DNA from: a virus
Lineage: Duplodnaviria; Caudoviricetes
IMG/VR virus record: IMGVR_UViG_2687453785_000009
DNA: 64,000 bases
Reading direction: 5' to 3' (one strand)
Shown here: positions 55,548 to 64,000 of the stretch, piece by piece
Layout: the number at the start of each line of letters is the position of its first letter
How positions within the stretch are numbered: the stretch's first letter is position 1
Translations under genes and position numbers: made by a program
The notes under the pieces: model-generated
Seen by the model: only the letters and a program-made list of their open reading frames with translations
Database searches by the model: none
Told to the model about the DNA's origin: nothing

Positions 55548-55883
55548 TCAGATCCCAGTTGCTTCGCTGGCCTGCGGCTCGCCGTTTCCCAACATATCCA
55601 GGCGTGTCTGCGCATCACGCAGGGCAAGGAAGTCGGCCTTGGCTTTGATCATCGATCGTACGAACGGCCCATTGAACACCTGGCCATCAACAGACTTGAC
55701 CTGTGTTAGCTGTAACACGGCTTGTTCGGCCCAAAAGGCAATGCCGTTTTCAGTTCCACCTGCTTGAGCGGCGGCGTCGATCAGGTCTTCTAGGTACGGT
55801 TCACGCATGGTGAAGTTGGTGTAGGTGATACCGCCGATTTCAATGCCGCGTGGCAGGGTTCCGGTGACAGTGTGGATTTGCAT
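55548..55883 (-). CDS. Tail assembly chaperone (Mu gp41/lambda G-like); -1 frameshift product extends to 55438
   Basis: LPRGIEIGG....FTMRE; slippery G GGA AAC at 55590-55584. Confidence 0.85.
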   Translation of the reverse strand: MQIHTVTGTLPRGIEIGGITYTNFTMREPYLEDLIDAAAQAGGTENGIAFWAEQAVLQLTQVKSVDGQVFNGPFVRSMIKAKADFLALRDAQTRLDMLGNGEPQASEATGI

Positions 55884-55892
55884 GATGGTTCC

Positions 55893-56165
55893 TTATTGGA
55901 CTTCGGCCGGCTGGTCGCTGATGAGCTTGGAAAGCTCGCGTTCGGTTGGTGATTGCTGAATGAGCTGCTGCTCAAACGGCGACAGCCGCTCACAAGCGTG
56001 TGGTTGCAGGGTTGCTTCAACTGAGCGGTGATTGTGTTGCAGACCTGGTGACAGACTGGGCTGGTGATGCCCTGTAAGAACGGCGCGCTCGGCCTCTCCC
56101 AGCTGTTGGTGAAGTGGCGTTGATGGCCAGCGGTTGGCGGCCGCACGTTGGTCAATGGTTGGCAT
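55893..56165 (-). CDS. Hypothetical protein
   Basis: Fills the gap between mor and the chaperone; AAGG RBS; odd composition. Confidence 0.4.
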   Translation of the reverse strand: MPTIDQRAAANRWPSTPLHQQLGEAERAVLTGHHQPSLSPGLQHNHRSVEATLQPHACERLSPFEQQLIQQSPTERELSKLISDQPAEVQ

Positions 56166-56742
56166 GGCGCACCTTTTCGACTTGTCCAGGAATGCTTGGT
56201 TGAAGGGTTGCGGTCGGAGATGGCTCCTTGAGGATTATCCAGATGCGCCGGTCGCTCAGGCTGAACTTGGTGGCGAGTTCTTTCACCATGCTCACCATGC
56301 TGCGTCCGTTGCGTAGACCGTCCTCTACAGCCCTGTGAATAACGATGTTTCGTGCGGCACGCAGAGCCGACTCACAACGCGGTACATACAGGATTTCGCC
56401 TTCGTAATGGTCACGCAGGAGTGCGGCTAGATCAGGATCTCCCAGAGCATTGGCCAGTTTGGTTAGCGCCCCAACACTCACAGTGCCTTTTCTGGCCTTA
56501 CGCATGGGGATGGCCCAACTTGTTCCACCGAGCTTTGCCGCTACCTGGAAGGGATTTGCATAGCCGATTCTTTCGGCCATTCCATGAATGGATTTCGGTA
56601 ATAACTGGTCGACTACAGCAAGGTCAGCACCGCCGCAGAAAAGGAACTCCTGCACAAGGTTGCTGCTACTAATTTGAATAGACACTCGGCCGGCCTCTTT
56701 AAGAATGCGCTGAACACCCACTGAATTAGATTCAGTAGGCAA
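56152..56742 (-). CDS. Mor/C-family transcription activator (true start probably downstream of 56720)
   Basis: LLP.SI..MAERIG, LGGT, LYVPRC..ALR..RN, ELA.KF.LSDRRIW.ILK. Confidence 0.88.
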   Translation of the reverse strand: MPTESNSVGVQRILKEAGRVSIQISSSNLVQEFLFCGGADLAVVDQLLPKSIHGMAERIGYANPFQVAAKLGGTSWAIPMRKARKGTVSVGALTKLANALGDPDLAALLRDHYEGEILYVPRCESALRAARNIVIHRAVEDGLRNGRSMVSMVKELATKFSLSDRRIWIILKEPSPTATLQPSIPGQVEKVRHANH

Positions 56743-56803
56743 GGCCGGTGGTAGCTTGAAGGGGTTCAGTAGAGTGAAGAGTTTCAGTGGTGAACTGATT
56801 CAG
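56720..56803. promoter_or_regulatory. Four TGAA-N4/5-TTCAG palindromes upstream of the mor-late operon
   Basis: Copies at 56722, 56757, 56775 and 56791. Confidence 0.65.
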
Positions 56804-58281
56804 GAGAGTTTCAGGAGTGGGCGCTGAGATGCGGTAATTGAGCGCTATTCCGCGCTGCGTGAAGCGCGTTAGACCTGCGTTAGAAATGACGATCTATGCC
56901 ATAGGCAGGATCGGGTAGCGCTTAATCGGAAAATGCCTACAGCCGGCTTATAGGCAGTCAGGCTGTGCTGCGACAGGCTCGCTGTTTGGATGTGTCTGGC
57001 AGGCATCTGTAAGCTATGGAAAATTAGAACAGGGAGATCACAGATGTCGTTACTCAAAAATCACGTAACCCAACTTTCTTTTTCGGTCTACGAGAGCAAG
57101 GGCGTTTTCGCCGTTCTGCTTGGCTCCGGCCTCTCGCGCGCCGCTGAAATTCCTACCGGCTGGGAAATTACACTGGACTTGATCAGGCGCATGGCACTTG
57201 CGCAGGGCATAGTGGAACAGTCCGATTGGGCTGCTTGGTATCGTGAGACGACGGGCGAGGAGCCCAATTACTCTGCACTGCTTGAGGAGCTGGCGTCCTC
57301 ACCTGAAGAACGTCGCGCAATCTTGCACAGTTACATTGAACCGACCCCAGAAGATCGGGAAGCGGGGAGGAAGACTCCGACTGAGGCCCACCGAGCAATC
57401 GCAGGCCTCGTGCAAGGCGGGTATATCCGCGTAATTGTCACCACCAACTTTGATCGGCTGATGGAAAATGCGTTACGTGAGCGCGGCATTGAGCCGACGA
57501 TTGTTTCTTCGGTTGATGCGCTCGCGGGCGCGGAGCCGATTACACACAGTGCCTGTTATATTTTGAAGCTCCACGGGGACTATAAGGATGCTCGCATTCA
57601 TAATACTGAGTCTGAATTAAGTGGCTATCCGGTGCCGTATGATGCACTGCTTGATCGAATTCTTGATGAACACGGATTGATCGTATGTGGATGGTCAGGT
57701 GAATGGGATCATGCGCTCCGGTCAGCCTTTCTTCGCGCTCCCAACCGCCGTTACTCTGTCTTTTGGGCTTCGCGCGGTGGGATCGGTAACGGCGCACAGG
57801 AACTGGTCGATCATCGTCGTGCTCGTGTTATTCCGATAACGGACGCGGATAGTTTTTTCTCGACCTTGCATCAGCACGTCGAAACGCTAGGGCAGAGCCA
57901 GCGTCAAAATCCGTTCAGCATCGAGCTTCTAATTAACAGCGCTAAACGCTTTCTTGCCAAACCGGAATATCGAATTCAACTCGATGATCTGCTTATTCAG
58001 GAGACAGATCGGCTGTTAGCGCAGCTCAATGGTGTCGATCTTGCCCAGCCTGGCAATTGGGATACGGCCACCTTTCGCCTCTATGTAAAACGATATGAAG
58101 CGGCCGCCGAATCGCTTACAGCTGTGTGCGGCGTTCTCGGCAGGTGGGGTGATGACAGCGAGTTGCCACTTGTCCTGGACGTCATACGTACTCTTTACGC
58201 CCACGCCGACAAAGTTGGAAGCGGGCTTGTTCCGTATCTCGGACTTCGTTCATACCCAGCGGTGCTGATCTTTACCGCTTA

Positions 58282-59473
58282 GGAAACTCTGAAGAAGACT
58301 TCCTGATTTTGGCAAAATACCCGGATTCCACCCGTCGAGTTTTCCGATGAAGCAGATGACCTTCGCCGACGCCGAGTACGCAGGCAAGCGCAAGCAGACC
58401 CGCAAAGAGTTGTTCCTGATCGAGATGGATCGAGTAGTGCCGTGGGAAGGATTGGTCACCCTGATCGATCCGCACTACCCGAAGGGCGAAGGTGGCAGGC
58501 CCGCCTATGCGCTGATGGCGATGCTGCGTGTGCATCTGATGCAAAACTGGTTCGGTTACAGCGATCCGGCGATGGAGGAAACGCTGTACGAGACCACCAT
58601 CCTGCGCCAGTTCGCCGGCTTAAGCCTGGAGCGCATTCCCGATGAAACCACCATCCTCAACTTCCGTCGCTTGCTGGAGAAACACGAGCTGGCTGCAGGC
58701 ATCTTGGCCGTGATTAACGGCTACCTGGGCGACCGTGGTCTGTCACTGCGCCAGGGCACCATCGTCGATGCCACGTTGATCAATGCGCCGAGTTCGACCA
58801 AGAACAAGGACCGTAAGCGCGATCCGGAAATGCACCAAACAAAGAAGGGCAACCAGTACTACTTCGGCATGAAGGCGCACATCGGCGTGGATGACGAGTC
58901 GGGTCTGGTGCACAGCGTAGTAGGCACGGCAGCCAACGTGGCGGATGTCACCCAGGTAGACAAACTGCTGCACGGCGACGAAAACGTGGTGTGTACTGAC
59001 GCAGGTTACACCGGTGTCGAAAAGCGTCCGGAGCATGAAGGTCGGAAGGTAATCTGGCAGGTGGCGGCACGCCGCAGCACCTACAGGAAGCTCGATAAGC
59101 GCAGCGGGTTATACAAAGCCAAGCGCAAGATCGAGAAGGCCAAAGCCCAAGTGCGCGCCAAGGTCGAGCATCCGTTTCGCGTGATCAAGCGCCAGTTCGG
59201 TTATGTGAAGACGCGCTTCCGTGGCCTGGCCAAAAACACCGCACAACTGGTAACGCTGTTCGCCCTGTCGAACCTGTGGATGGCCCGTCGACATTTGCTG
59301 ACGAATGCAGGAGAGGTGCGCCTGTAATGTGGGAAATGACCGCTGCGAGGTGCTCGCGGCGGCCAGAAACACCGAAATGAGCGGATGACTTGATCGTTTT
59401 TGATCAGTTTTCCGCTTTCAAAATCAGCGGAGGCTGAAGTTGACCGGAAATACAGGGCTACTTCAGACCATCC
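58282..59473 (+). mobile_element. IS5-family insertion sequence, 1192 bp, 4-bp target duplication CTTA
   Basis: Ends GGAAACTCTGAAG / CTTCAGACCATCC; CTTA at 58278-58281 and 59474-59477. Confidence 0.95.
58347..59327 (+). CDS. IS5-family transposase
   Basis: MKQMTFADAEY, IVDATLI, DAGY, RAKVEHPF; 326 aa. Confidence 0.97.
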   Translation: MKQMTFADAEYAGKRKQTRKELFLIEMDRVVPWEGLVTLIDPHYPKGEGGRPAYALMAMLRVHLMQNWFGYSDPAMEETLYETTILRQFAGLSLERIPDETTILNFRRLLEKHELAAGILAVINGYLGDRGLSLRQGTIVDATLINAPSSTKNKDRKRDPEMHQTKKGNQYYFGMKAHIGVDDESGLVHSVVGTAANVADVTQVDKLLHGDENVVCTDAGYTGVEKRPEHEGRKVIWQVAARRSTYRKLDKRSGLYKAKRKIEKAKAQVRAKVEHPFRVIKRQFGYVKTRFRGLAKNTAQLVTLFALSNLWMARRHLLTNAGEVRL

Positions 59474-60155
59474 CTTATGGTTTGGGCCTGACCCGTTCCG
59501 GCCGCTGGGGCGCACTTCATCGACTATTCAGTGCCATTATCGAACGGCAGCACAGTGAGCCGGTTAGGCTAGCCGAAGCTCTTTTTCTGCGGGCTTGGAA
59601 GGGCGGCGAGGGCGATACATGGAAACAAATTGAGGGCTTAGAGCAGCGCAAGACGCCTCTGAGTGATTACCTCTTTATGCTGTTCTCGGAGTGGGGCAAG
59701 CCCTTCATGGGGCTCGCACCTGACTTCGAGCTGATATTTGAACGCTATGAGATGCTAGCCGCACTCGCATTTCTTGAGTGTGACAACAAAGAAGTCATTC
59801 AACAGACATTGGCGGGCGATCCACATAATGGTTGGGCGTTGATGCCGGTAGGGCGCTCCAGTTGGCATTCAAGTTATGCGAGCAGACTCATCTCGGAGCT
59901 TCAAGCGGAGCCAATGAAGGCGGCTCTCATGCGGGCTGGCTTTGCAAAAAACGATGCTGAGTTCGTTGACCTATTTATTGAGAACTTCAAGCGTATAGCC
60001 AGACGGGTTGGATGGTGAATATTGTCTTTCGCTTTCAGCGAGAGAGTACTGCTACATAGCTTGATCAGTTGTGGAACGTTACGTGTTGCATCGGTCGGAC
60101 AAGTGGCAGGGCAGCATCTACACAAGCAACTGGTCAGGTGTTGTGAAATTCAGCA

Positions 60156-60767
60156 CTACGAGTCGTCCTTTTGACGCCTTGGCCTCCTGATGAACATTAT
60201 TTCGCTCAAGTTCGGGTCGTACAGCTGACCACTACGTTGGATTACAGGGGCGTGAGGGCCGGTATGCATGCCCCTGGCCAGGCGGTAGCGTGCTTGCCGG
60301 CCTGGCCGGGATGGACTGACGACTTCCAGATAACCGGCCCAATTTAGCCACTTGAGATAGTTCTTGGCCGTGGCCAGGCTGGTGGCTGAGGCAGCGCTGG
60401 CATTGGTGGCTAACTCTGATGCATTGACGCTGTCCATTATGCGTAGGGTTCGCCACATAGCTTCTGTGCCGCGGCCTTGTAAGCTGGGTGTTCCATCCAG
60501 GCGAAGCCGAGGGGCTTCGGCACCGGTATCTTTTATAAGCCGGAATTCTGCCAGTTCACCAATGCCAGCAACGCGCCCCAGAAAGCCTCCTTTGCGCAGG
60601 CAGCTGATATAGGTTTTCACTGTTTCATCAGTGATGTTCGTGCGCCGACTTACGGAGTAGCAACTGATCCCTTCCGGGTATTGTCGCAGTACATCCCAGA
60701 TTCGTTGGCGGTTGTCTTTGCCGTCCTGTATGCATAGGTGGGCTGGCTTTCGACCTTGTTTAGCCAT
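60156..60767 (-). CDS. Tandem winged-HTH protein following MuB
   Basis: Two wHTH-like repeats (RQRIW, EAMWRTLR); TGPHAP..QR....DPN. Confidence 0.75.
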   Translation of the reverse strand: MAKQGRKPAHLCIQDGKDNRQRIWDVLRQYPEGISCYSVSRRTNITDETVKTYISCLRKGGFLGRVAGIGELAEFRLIKDTGAEAPRLRLDGTPSLQGRGTEAMWRTLRIMDSVNASELATNASAASATSLATAKNYLKWLNWAGYLEVVSPSRPGRQARYRLARGMHTGPHAPVIQRSGQLYDPNLSEIMFIRRPRRQKDDS

Positions 60768-60770
60768 GGT

Positions 60771-61490
60771 TCAGCTCCGCCGTAACGGGGCATCGCCCGT
60801 GAACCAGCCGCGCTTTTCCCACTGAGCCAGGCTGATGCTATCCAGGCACAGGGCTGCGGCTTCGGATTGAACCTGGTGAAGGTTGACAACGATCCGCCTT
60901 AAACAGCCGCGCACGGCTTTGCACAAATCTTCCAGTAAGTCGTCATGGATATGCAGGTGCGGATAGTTGGCGTCGGCCAGGGCGCGCATGTCTTCTGTTG
61001 TTGCTGCTAAGGCGGGCACCCACTCCAATACCCGGTTGTGCAGGCGCTCGCGTTTGGCCATGGATTGCTGCACGCGCTCTTCACCGATCAGGACAATGGT
61101 GCCGTGGCTGGCGTTGTAAATGTCGGTCAGTACGTTCGCGATGGCCTTATCCAGGAGGTATTGAGCATCATCTATTAACAGTGGTCGGCGGCTTCGTGAA
61201 AGCTGGTCGGCGATCTGATCGACCATCTCGGACATGGTGCGCAGGGGAAGTATTGCCATCTCTTTGAGGATGGCGGTGAGAAAGGCTTTCTTTGTCCAGG
61301 TGTCACGGCATTCGACGTAGTAGCCGCGATAGATATTGGCGGCGAAGTTGGCCCCCACTGTTTTACCCAGGCCACTAGCACCGTACATCACGACTAGGCC
61401 GGGCAGGTTGTCGGGTCGGTTTTGTGCGCGCTCTATGGCACTGGCCAGCAGCCCCACATTGGTCAAAGGTACGATCTTTGATCCGTTCAT
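60771..61490 (-). CDS. MuB-like AAA ATPase
   Basis: YGASGLGKT, LLIDD, VLIGEE; ATG at 61490 with GGAGA RBS. Confidence 0.92.
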   Translation of the reverse strand: MNGSKIVPLTNVGLLASAIERAQNRPDNLPGLVVMYGASGLGKTVGANFAANIYRGYYVECRDTWTKKAFLTAILKEMAILPLRTMSEMVDQIADQLSRSRRPLLIDDAQYLLDKAIANVLTDIYNASHGTIVLIGEERVQQSMAKRERLHNRVLEWVPALAATTEDMRALADANYPHLHIHDDLLEDLCKAVRGCLRRIVVNLHQVQSEAAALCLDSISLAQWEKRGWFTGDAPLRRS

Positions 61491-61512
61491 GATCTTCTCC
61501 ATCTCGGCCTGC

Positions 61513-63525
61513 TCAGCGTGCGGGCATGGCGTGCTCGAAAACGCGCCGAATAGCTTGATAGTCAGGGTGTTCGGAGTAGCGCTGGTGCCATAGAGCCTCT
61601 TCGTCCGAGAGGCCGTCACCTGCATGCAGGCGAGTATCGAGGCGCTGCCAGAGTCGGTAGCGAGACATGGCGTCACCCGGCACCGTGAATGGATTTGGTA
61701 CAGGCGCTGCCAGACGTTCAGCATGTTTGCGGGCAGCTGCTAGCTGCTCTTGGCTGTAGTCGATAACAGGCTCTGAAACCAACTCAACACGCCGGCCGGT
61801 CAGGTTTTCCAGCTTGGCGACGGTCTTCTTGAACTGGCCCTTGGCCTGTTTGGCATAGCCTTGCTCGACTATCGACGGTGCTATGTAGTCGCTGGCGTTG
61901 CCGTTTAACTTGGCTTCGCCGATCAACTCGCCACTCAATGAGCGTATCCATACCCGAGAGGCATCACGGACGTCATGAGCAACCCTTACCTGCTTGCCGT
62001 GTAGGTCAGCCAGCGCATCCAGCGCATAGCGTTCGCCAGCCCAGGCGATTTCGCCGCGCATGGTCTTACGGACGATCTGCGGGCGGAACAGGTCGTTCAC
62101 GACTTCGGGCGGTGCTTTGAGTGGTTCCCAGCCCTTGGCTATGGCTGCATCCCAGGCCTCCAGCTGCGTCATGTGGCGGCGCTGGAATGTCTGCGGATCA
62201 CGTGTCTTGGGCAAGCCCCGGTGTGGCTTATGGTTGTAGGCTTCTATCTCCGCTTCGGCACCGGCCCGGAACTCTGCGAAGGTGGGCATCAGGCTTGTGC
62301 TGCCTGTGTCGCGCAGTTGCTTCCGGGTGATTTTGTGGACTTTATGGCCTGCATGCCGATCCATATCGGCACCCAGGTAGCTGGGTATCTTTTTGGCTGC
62401 ATTAACCCATATGGTCTGGTGGGCACGCTCAATCAATCCGCGAGCTTGGCTGTTGTATGGCAGGGCGTGGATCATGCTGCCGCCCAGGCGTTCTACGACC
62501 TCCCGAACGGTGTTGCTCTTATAGCCAGGGCCATTATCGACGTAGAACATCACGAACATGCCGCCGCGCTGCACTGCGTCACGCAGGGCATCGAGCACGA
62601 CGATATGCGACTCGGCTTCACCGACCGAAAACCCCAGGGCGCGGCGCGTGGCTACATCTATTACCGTGGTGATTTCTGGGCGGTAGGGTTTGCCGGTAAG
62701 AGGGTTCAGCACCTCGGCATCAAAGGTATGGCCGTCGGCTGTGTATACCTCACCGGGCAGCATATTCAGCGTGTTGCGCCGGTTGAACGGCTTGTGTGCT
62801 TTGGCTTCCTGGGCGCTACAACGGCCAAACTCACGGGCATCGATGCTTAGCTTATTAAGGAAGCGCCGCACCTGGTGAATGCTCGGGCGCTCGCCAGAGT
62901 GTTTGCCTGCGAACTCTGCATAGCTGGCCTCGACACTGGGTTTTGTCGGGCGCTGATAGCAGCGTAGAAAGTCTGCTGCCCATTCCGGCACGTTCACGTC
63001 AGCCTTGCGGCGGGCCGGCGCTAAGCCGGACTCGCCACCCTGTCTGTATTCAGCAAGCCAGCGCTTTAGCGTTCGCTCAGATAGGTTGCGGCTGCTGGTT
63101 TTGCGGTCGTTGGCACGCTCCAGGCGTTCAGCCAGATAAGGGGAAAGCTCGCCAGTTTTGAGCTGGCGAAGTAGCAGCTCTATGGCCTGGCGTTGAGAGG
63201 TGACTTTGCTTAGGTGCTCTATCTCACGAATGAATGCCAAGCGAGCAGTCTTGACAGAGCGTTGCGTATCGCTGAGGCGTGACGACGAATTAGCGTCACG
63301 CTCGGTGGTATTGGACGAGTTAGCCGCGCCCACGGCCTTTGAAAGCAAAGACTGCTGGGCTTCGGTGGGCAGTGAGGCAAAGGCGTATTCGCTGGCCTTG
63401 CTGCCGATCCGCCGTTGACTAGTCCAGCCGGCTCTCTGTGCGAGGCTGCGGATTGCACGGGGCGTAGTAGGCAAACCTGACAGGCCGGCAAGTTCTTGGG
63501 CTGTATACCAACTGTTCATAGGCAC
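61513..63525 (-). CDS. MuA-like DDE transposase
   Basis: N-terminal Mu HTH (WYTAQELAGLSGLP); TADGH, VDNGPGY, GLIER; YNHKPHRGL. Confidence 0.95.
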   Translation of the reverse strand: MPMNSWYTAQELAGLSGLPTTPRAIRSLAQRAGWTSQRRIGSKASEYAFASLPTEAQQSLLSKAVGAANSSNTTERDANSSSRLSDTQRSVKTARLAFIREIEHLSKVTSQRQAIELLLRQLKTGELSPYLAERLERANDRKTSSRNLSERTLKRWLAEYRQGGESGLAPARRKADVNVPEWAADFLRCYQRPTKPSVEASYAEFAGKHSGERPSIHQVRRFLNKLSIDAREFGRCSAQEAKAHKPFNRRNTLNMLPGEVYTADGHTFDAEVLNPLTGKPYRPEITTVIDVATRRALGFSVGEAESHIVVLDALRDAVQRGGMFVMFYVDNGPGYKSNTVREVVERLGGSMIHALPYNSQARGLIERAHQTIWVNAAKKIPSYLGADMDRHAGHKVHKITRKQLRDTGSTSLMPTFAEFRAGAEAEIEAYNHKPHRGLPKTRDPQTFQRRHMTQLEAWDAAIAKGWEPLKAPPEVVNDLFRPQIVRKTMRGEIAWAGERYALDALADLHGKQVRVAHDVRDASRVWIRSLSGELIGEAKLNGNASDYIAPSIVEQGYAKQAKGQFKKTVAKLENLTGRRVELVSEPVIDYSQEQLAAARKHAERLAAPVPNPFTVPGDAMSRYRLWQRLDTRLHAGDGLSDEEALWHQRYSEHPDYQAIRRVFEHAMPAR

Positions 63526-63576
63526 CTCTTATATGTGCCTGCCGACCCAGCCGCACGACTGGGCCAGCACGGGGGA

Positions 63577-63837
63577 TCAAGCCGCTTGGCGGGCAGCGTC
63601 GAACAGCGCTTCGGCGTCTTCCACAAGTAGCAGCAGGGCTCGTGACGCGCTGGCAAGATCGCGAGGGCCGCTGTCATCTGACCTACATGTACTAAGTACA
63701 GAGAGCAGCTCTCGCACTGCACCCAGACGCCAGTCGGCGGCATCCATCAGGTCACGGCGTGTAACGCTGTTGTCAACGTAGAGCACTGGTTTAGTGCTGC
63801 CTTGTGAGCCTGAGGCAAGCGCTTTGAAATTAGCCAT
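63577..63837 (-). CDS. Hypothetical protein
   Basis: 86-aa helical ORF with GAGG RBS. Confidence 0.7.
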   Translation of the reverse strand: MANFKALASGSQGSTKPVLYVDNSVTRRDLMDAADWRLGAVRELLSVLSTCRSDDSGPRDLASASRALLLLVEDAEALFDAARQAA

Positions 63838-64000
63838 GTGCCACCTCTTGAACTTCCAGAGCGCGGGCTTTGGCCATGGCAGCGTTATAGCGGGCCAGGC
63901 GAACGGAGAGGGACGAATCGGCGCGTAAGGCTGCGAGGGCTATTGCACGAAATGCAGCCGCATGGGCGGGGCTGGTGGACGGATTGCGGGCGTGTTTCAT
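63830..64000 (-). CDS. Small hypothetical protein (MKHARNP...ALAALRADSSLSVRLARYN); may extend beyond the window
   Basis: Hand translation; overlaps the next gene start. Confidence 0.6.
   Translation of the reverse strand: MKHARNPSTSPAHAAAFRAIALAALRADSSLSVRLARYNAAMAKARALEVQEVAHG

Larger units (their letters stand above)
57044..60018 (+). pseudogene. SIR2-family (SIR2_2) protein interrupted by IS5; 592 aa when rejoined
   Basis: LLGSGLS..AEIPT, TTNFD, KLHGD, GWSG.WD; frame ...IFTA|YGLGL... restored by removing the IS. Confidence 0.9.
51532..64000 (-). mobile_element. Compact Mu-like transposable element (satellite-like); other end outside window
   Basis: TG terminus, end repeats, MuA, MuB, Mor, Mu-type head and tail genes. 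Confidence 0.85.

Noticed and set aside
51880-55883. Tailocin, GTA or structural genes belonging to the left prophage
   Set aside because: No tube, sheath, baseplate or terminase; genes are Mu-type, lie outside the att site, and the left prophage is podovirus-like with its own capsid
59440-60018. Independent 192-aa gene
   Set aside because: It is the C-terminal part of the IS5-interrupted SIR2 gene
60771-61724. 317-aa MuB as given in the ORF track
   Set aside because: The N-terminal extension overlaps the transposase gene; ATG at 61490 has the RBS and typical start

Overview
High-GC DNA, probably from a pseudomonad, in two parts. (1) 1..~51413 is the right-hand ~51 kb of a temperate prophage; its integrase lies left of the window. 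It has a lambdoid early region (yejK-like, ssb, DEDDh exonuclease, YqaJ, RecT, cI/cro/cII, O-like protein with iterons, DnaC-like, nin genes) and a lysis cassette. Its podovirus-type morphogenesis module (terL, portal, acidic scaffold, N4-gp56-like capsid) ends in a 2969-aa polyvalent virion protein, and the overall layout recalls F116-like phages. An accessory block behind cI includes a HipA-like kinase/DUF3037-like pair. No Q gene is recognisable; instead six copies of a TTGC-N11-AGTGACAT motif precede late gene blocks. The prophage ends at a duplicated 3' half of tRNA-Pro(GGG). (2) 51532..>64000 is a compact Mu-like transposable element, apparently inserted into the 3' end of a second integrase gene. 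It has a TG end with three repeated binding sites, MuA/MuB and a Mor-like activator. Its only morphogenesis genes are a tail chaperone with an intact -1 frameshift, a tape measure protein, a gpT capsid protein and a shortened protease/scaffold, in rearranged order. It also carries a SIR2 cargo gene split by IS5. This element is the best candidate for an undescribed system: a transposable phage satellite or assembly-interference element. All family calls come from motif recognition by eye, without database searches.
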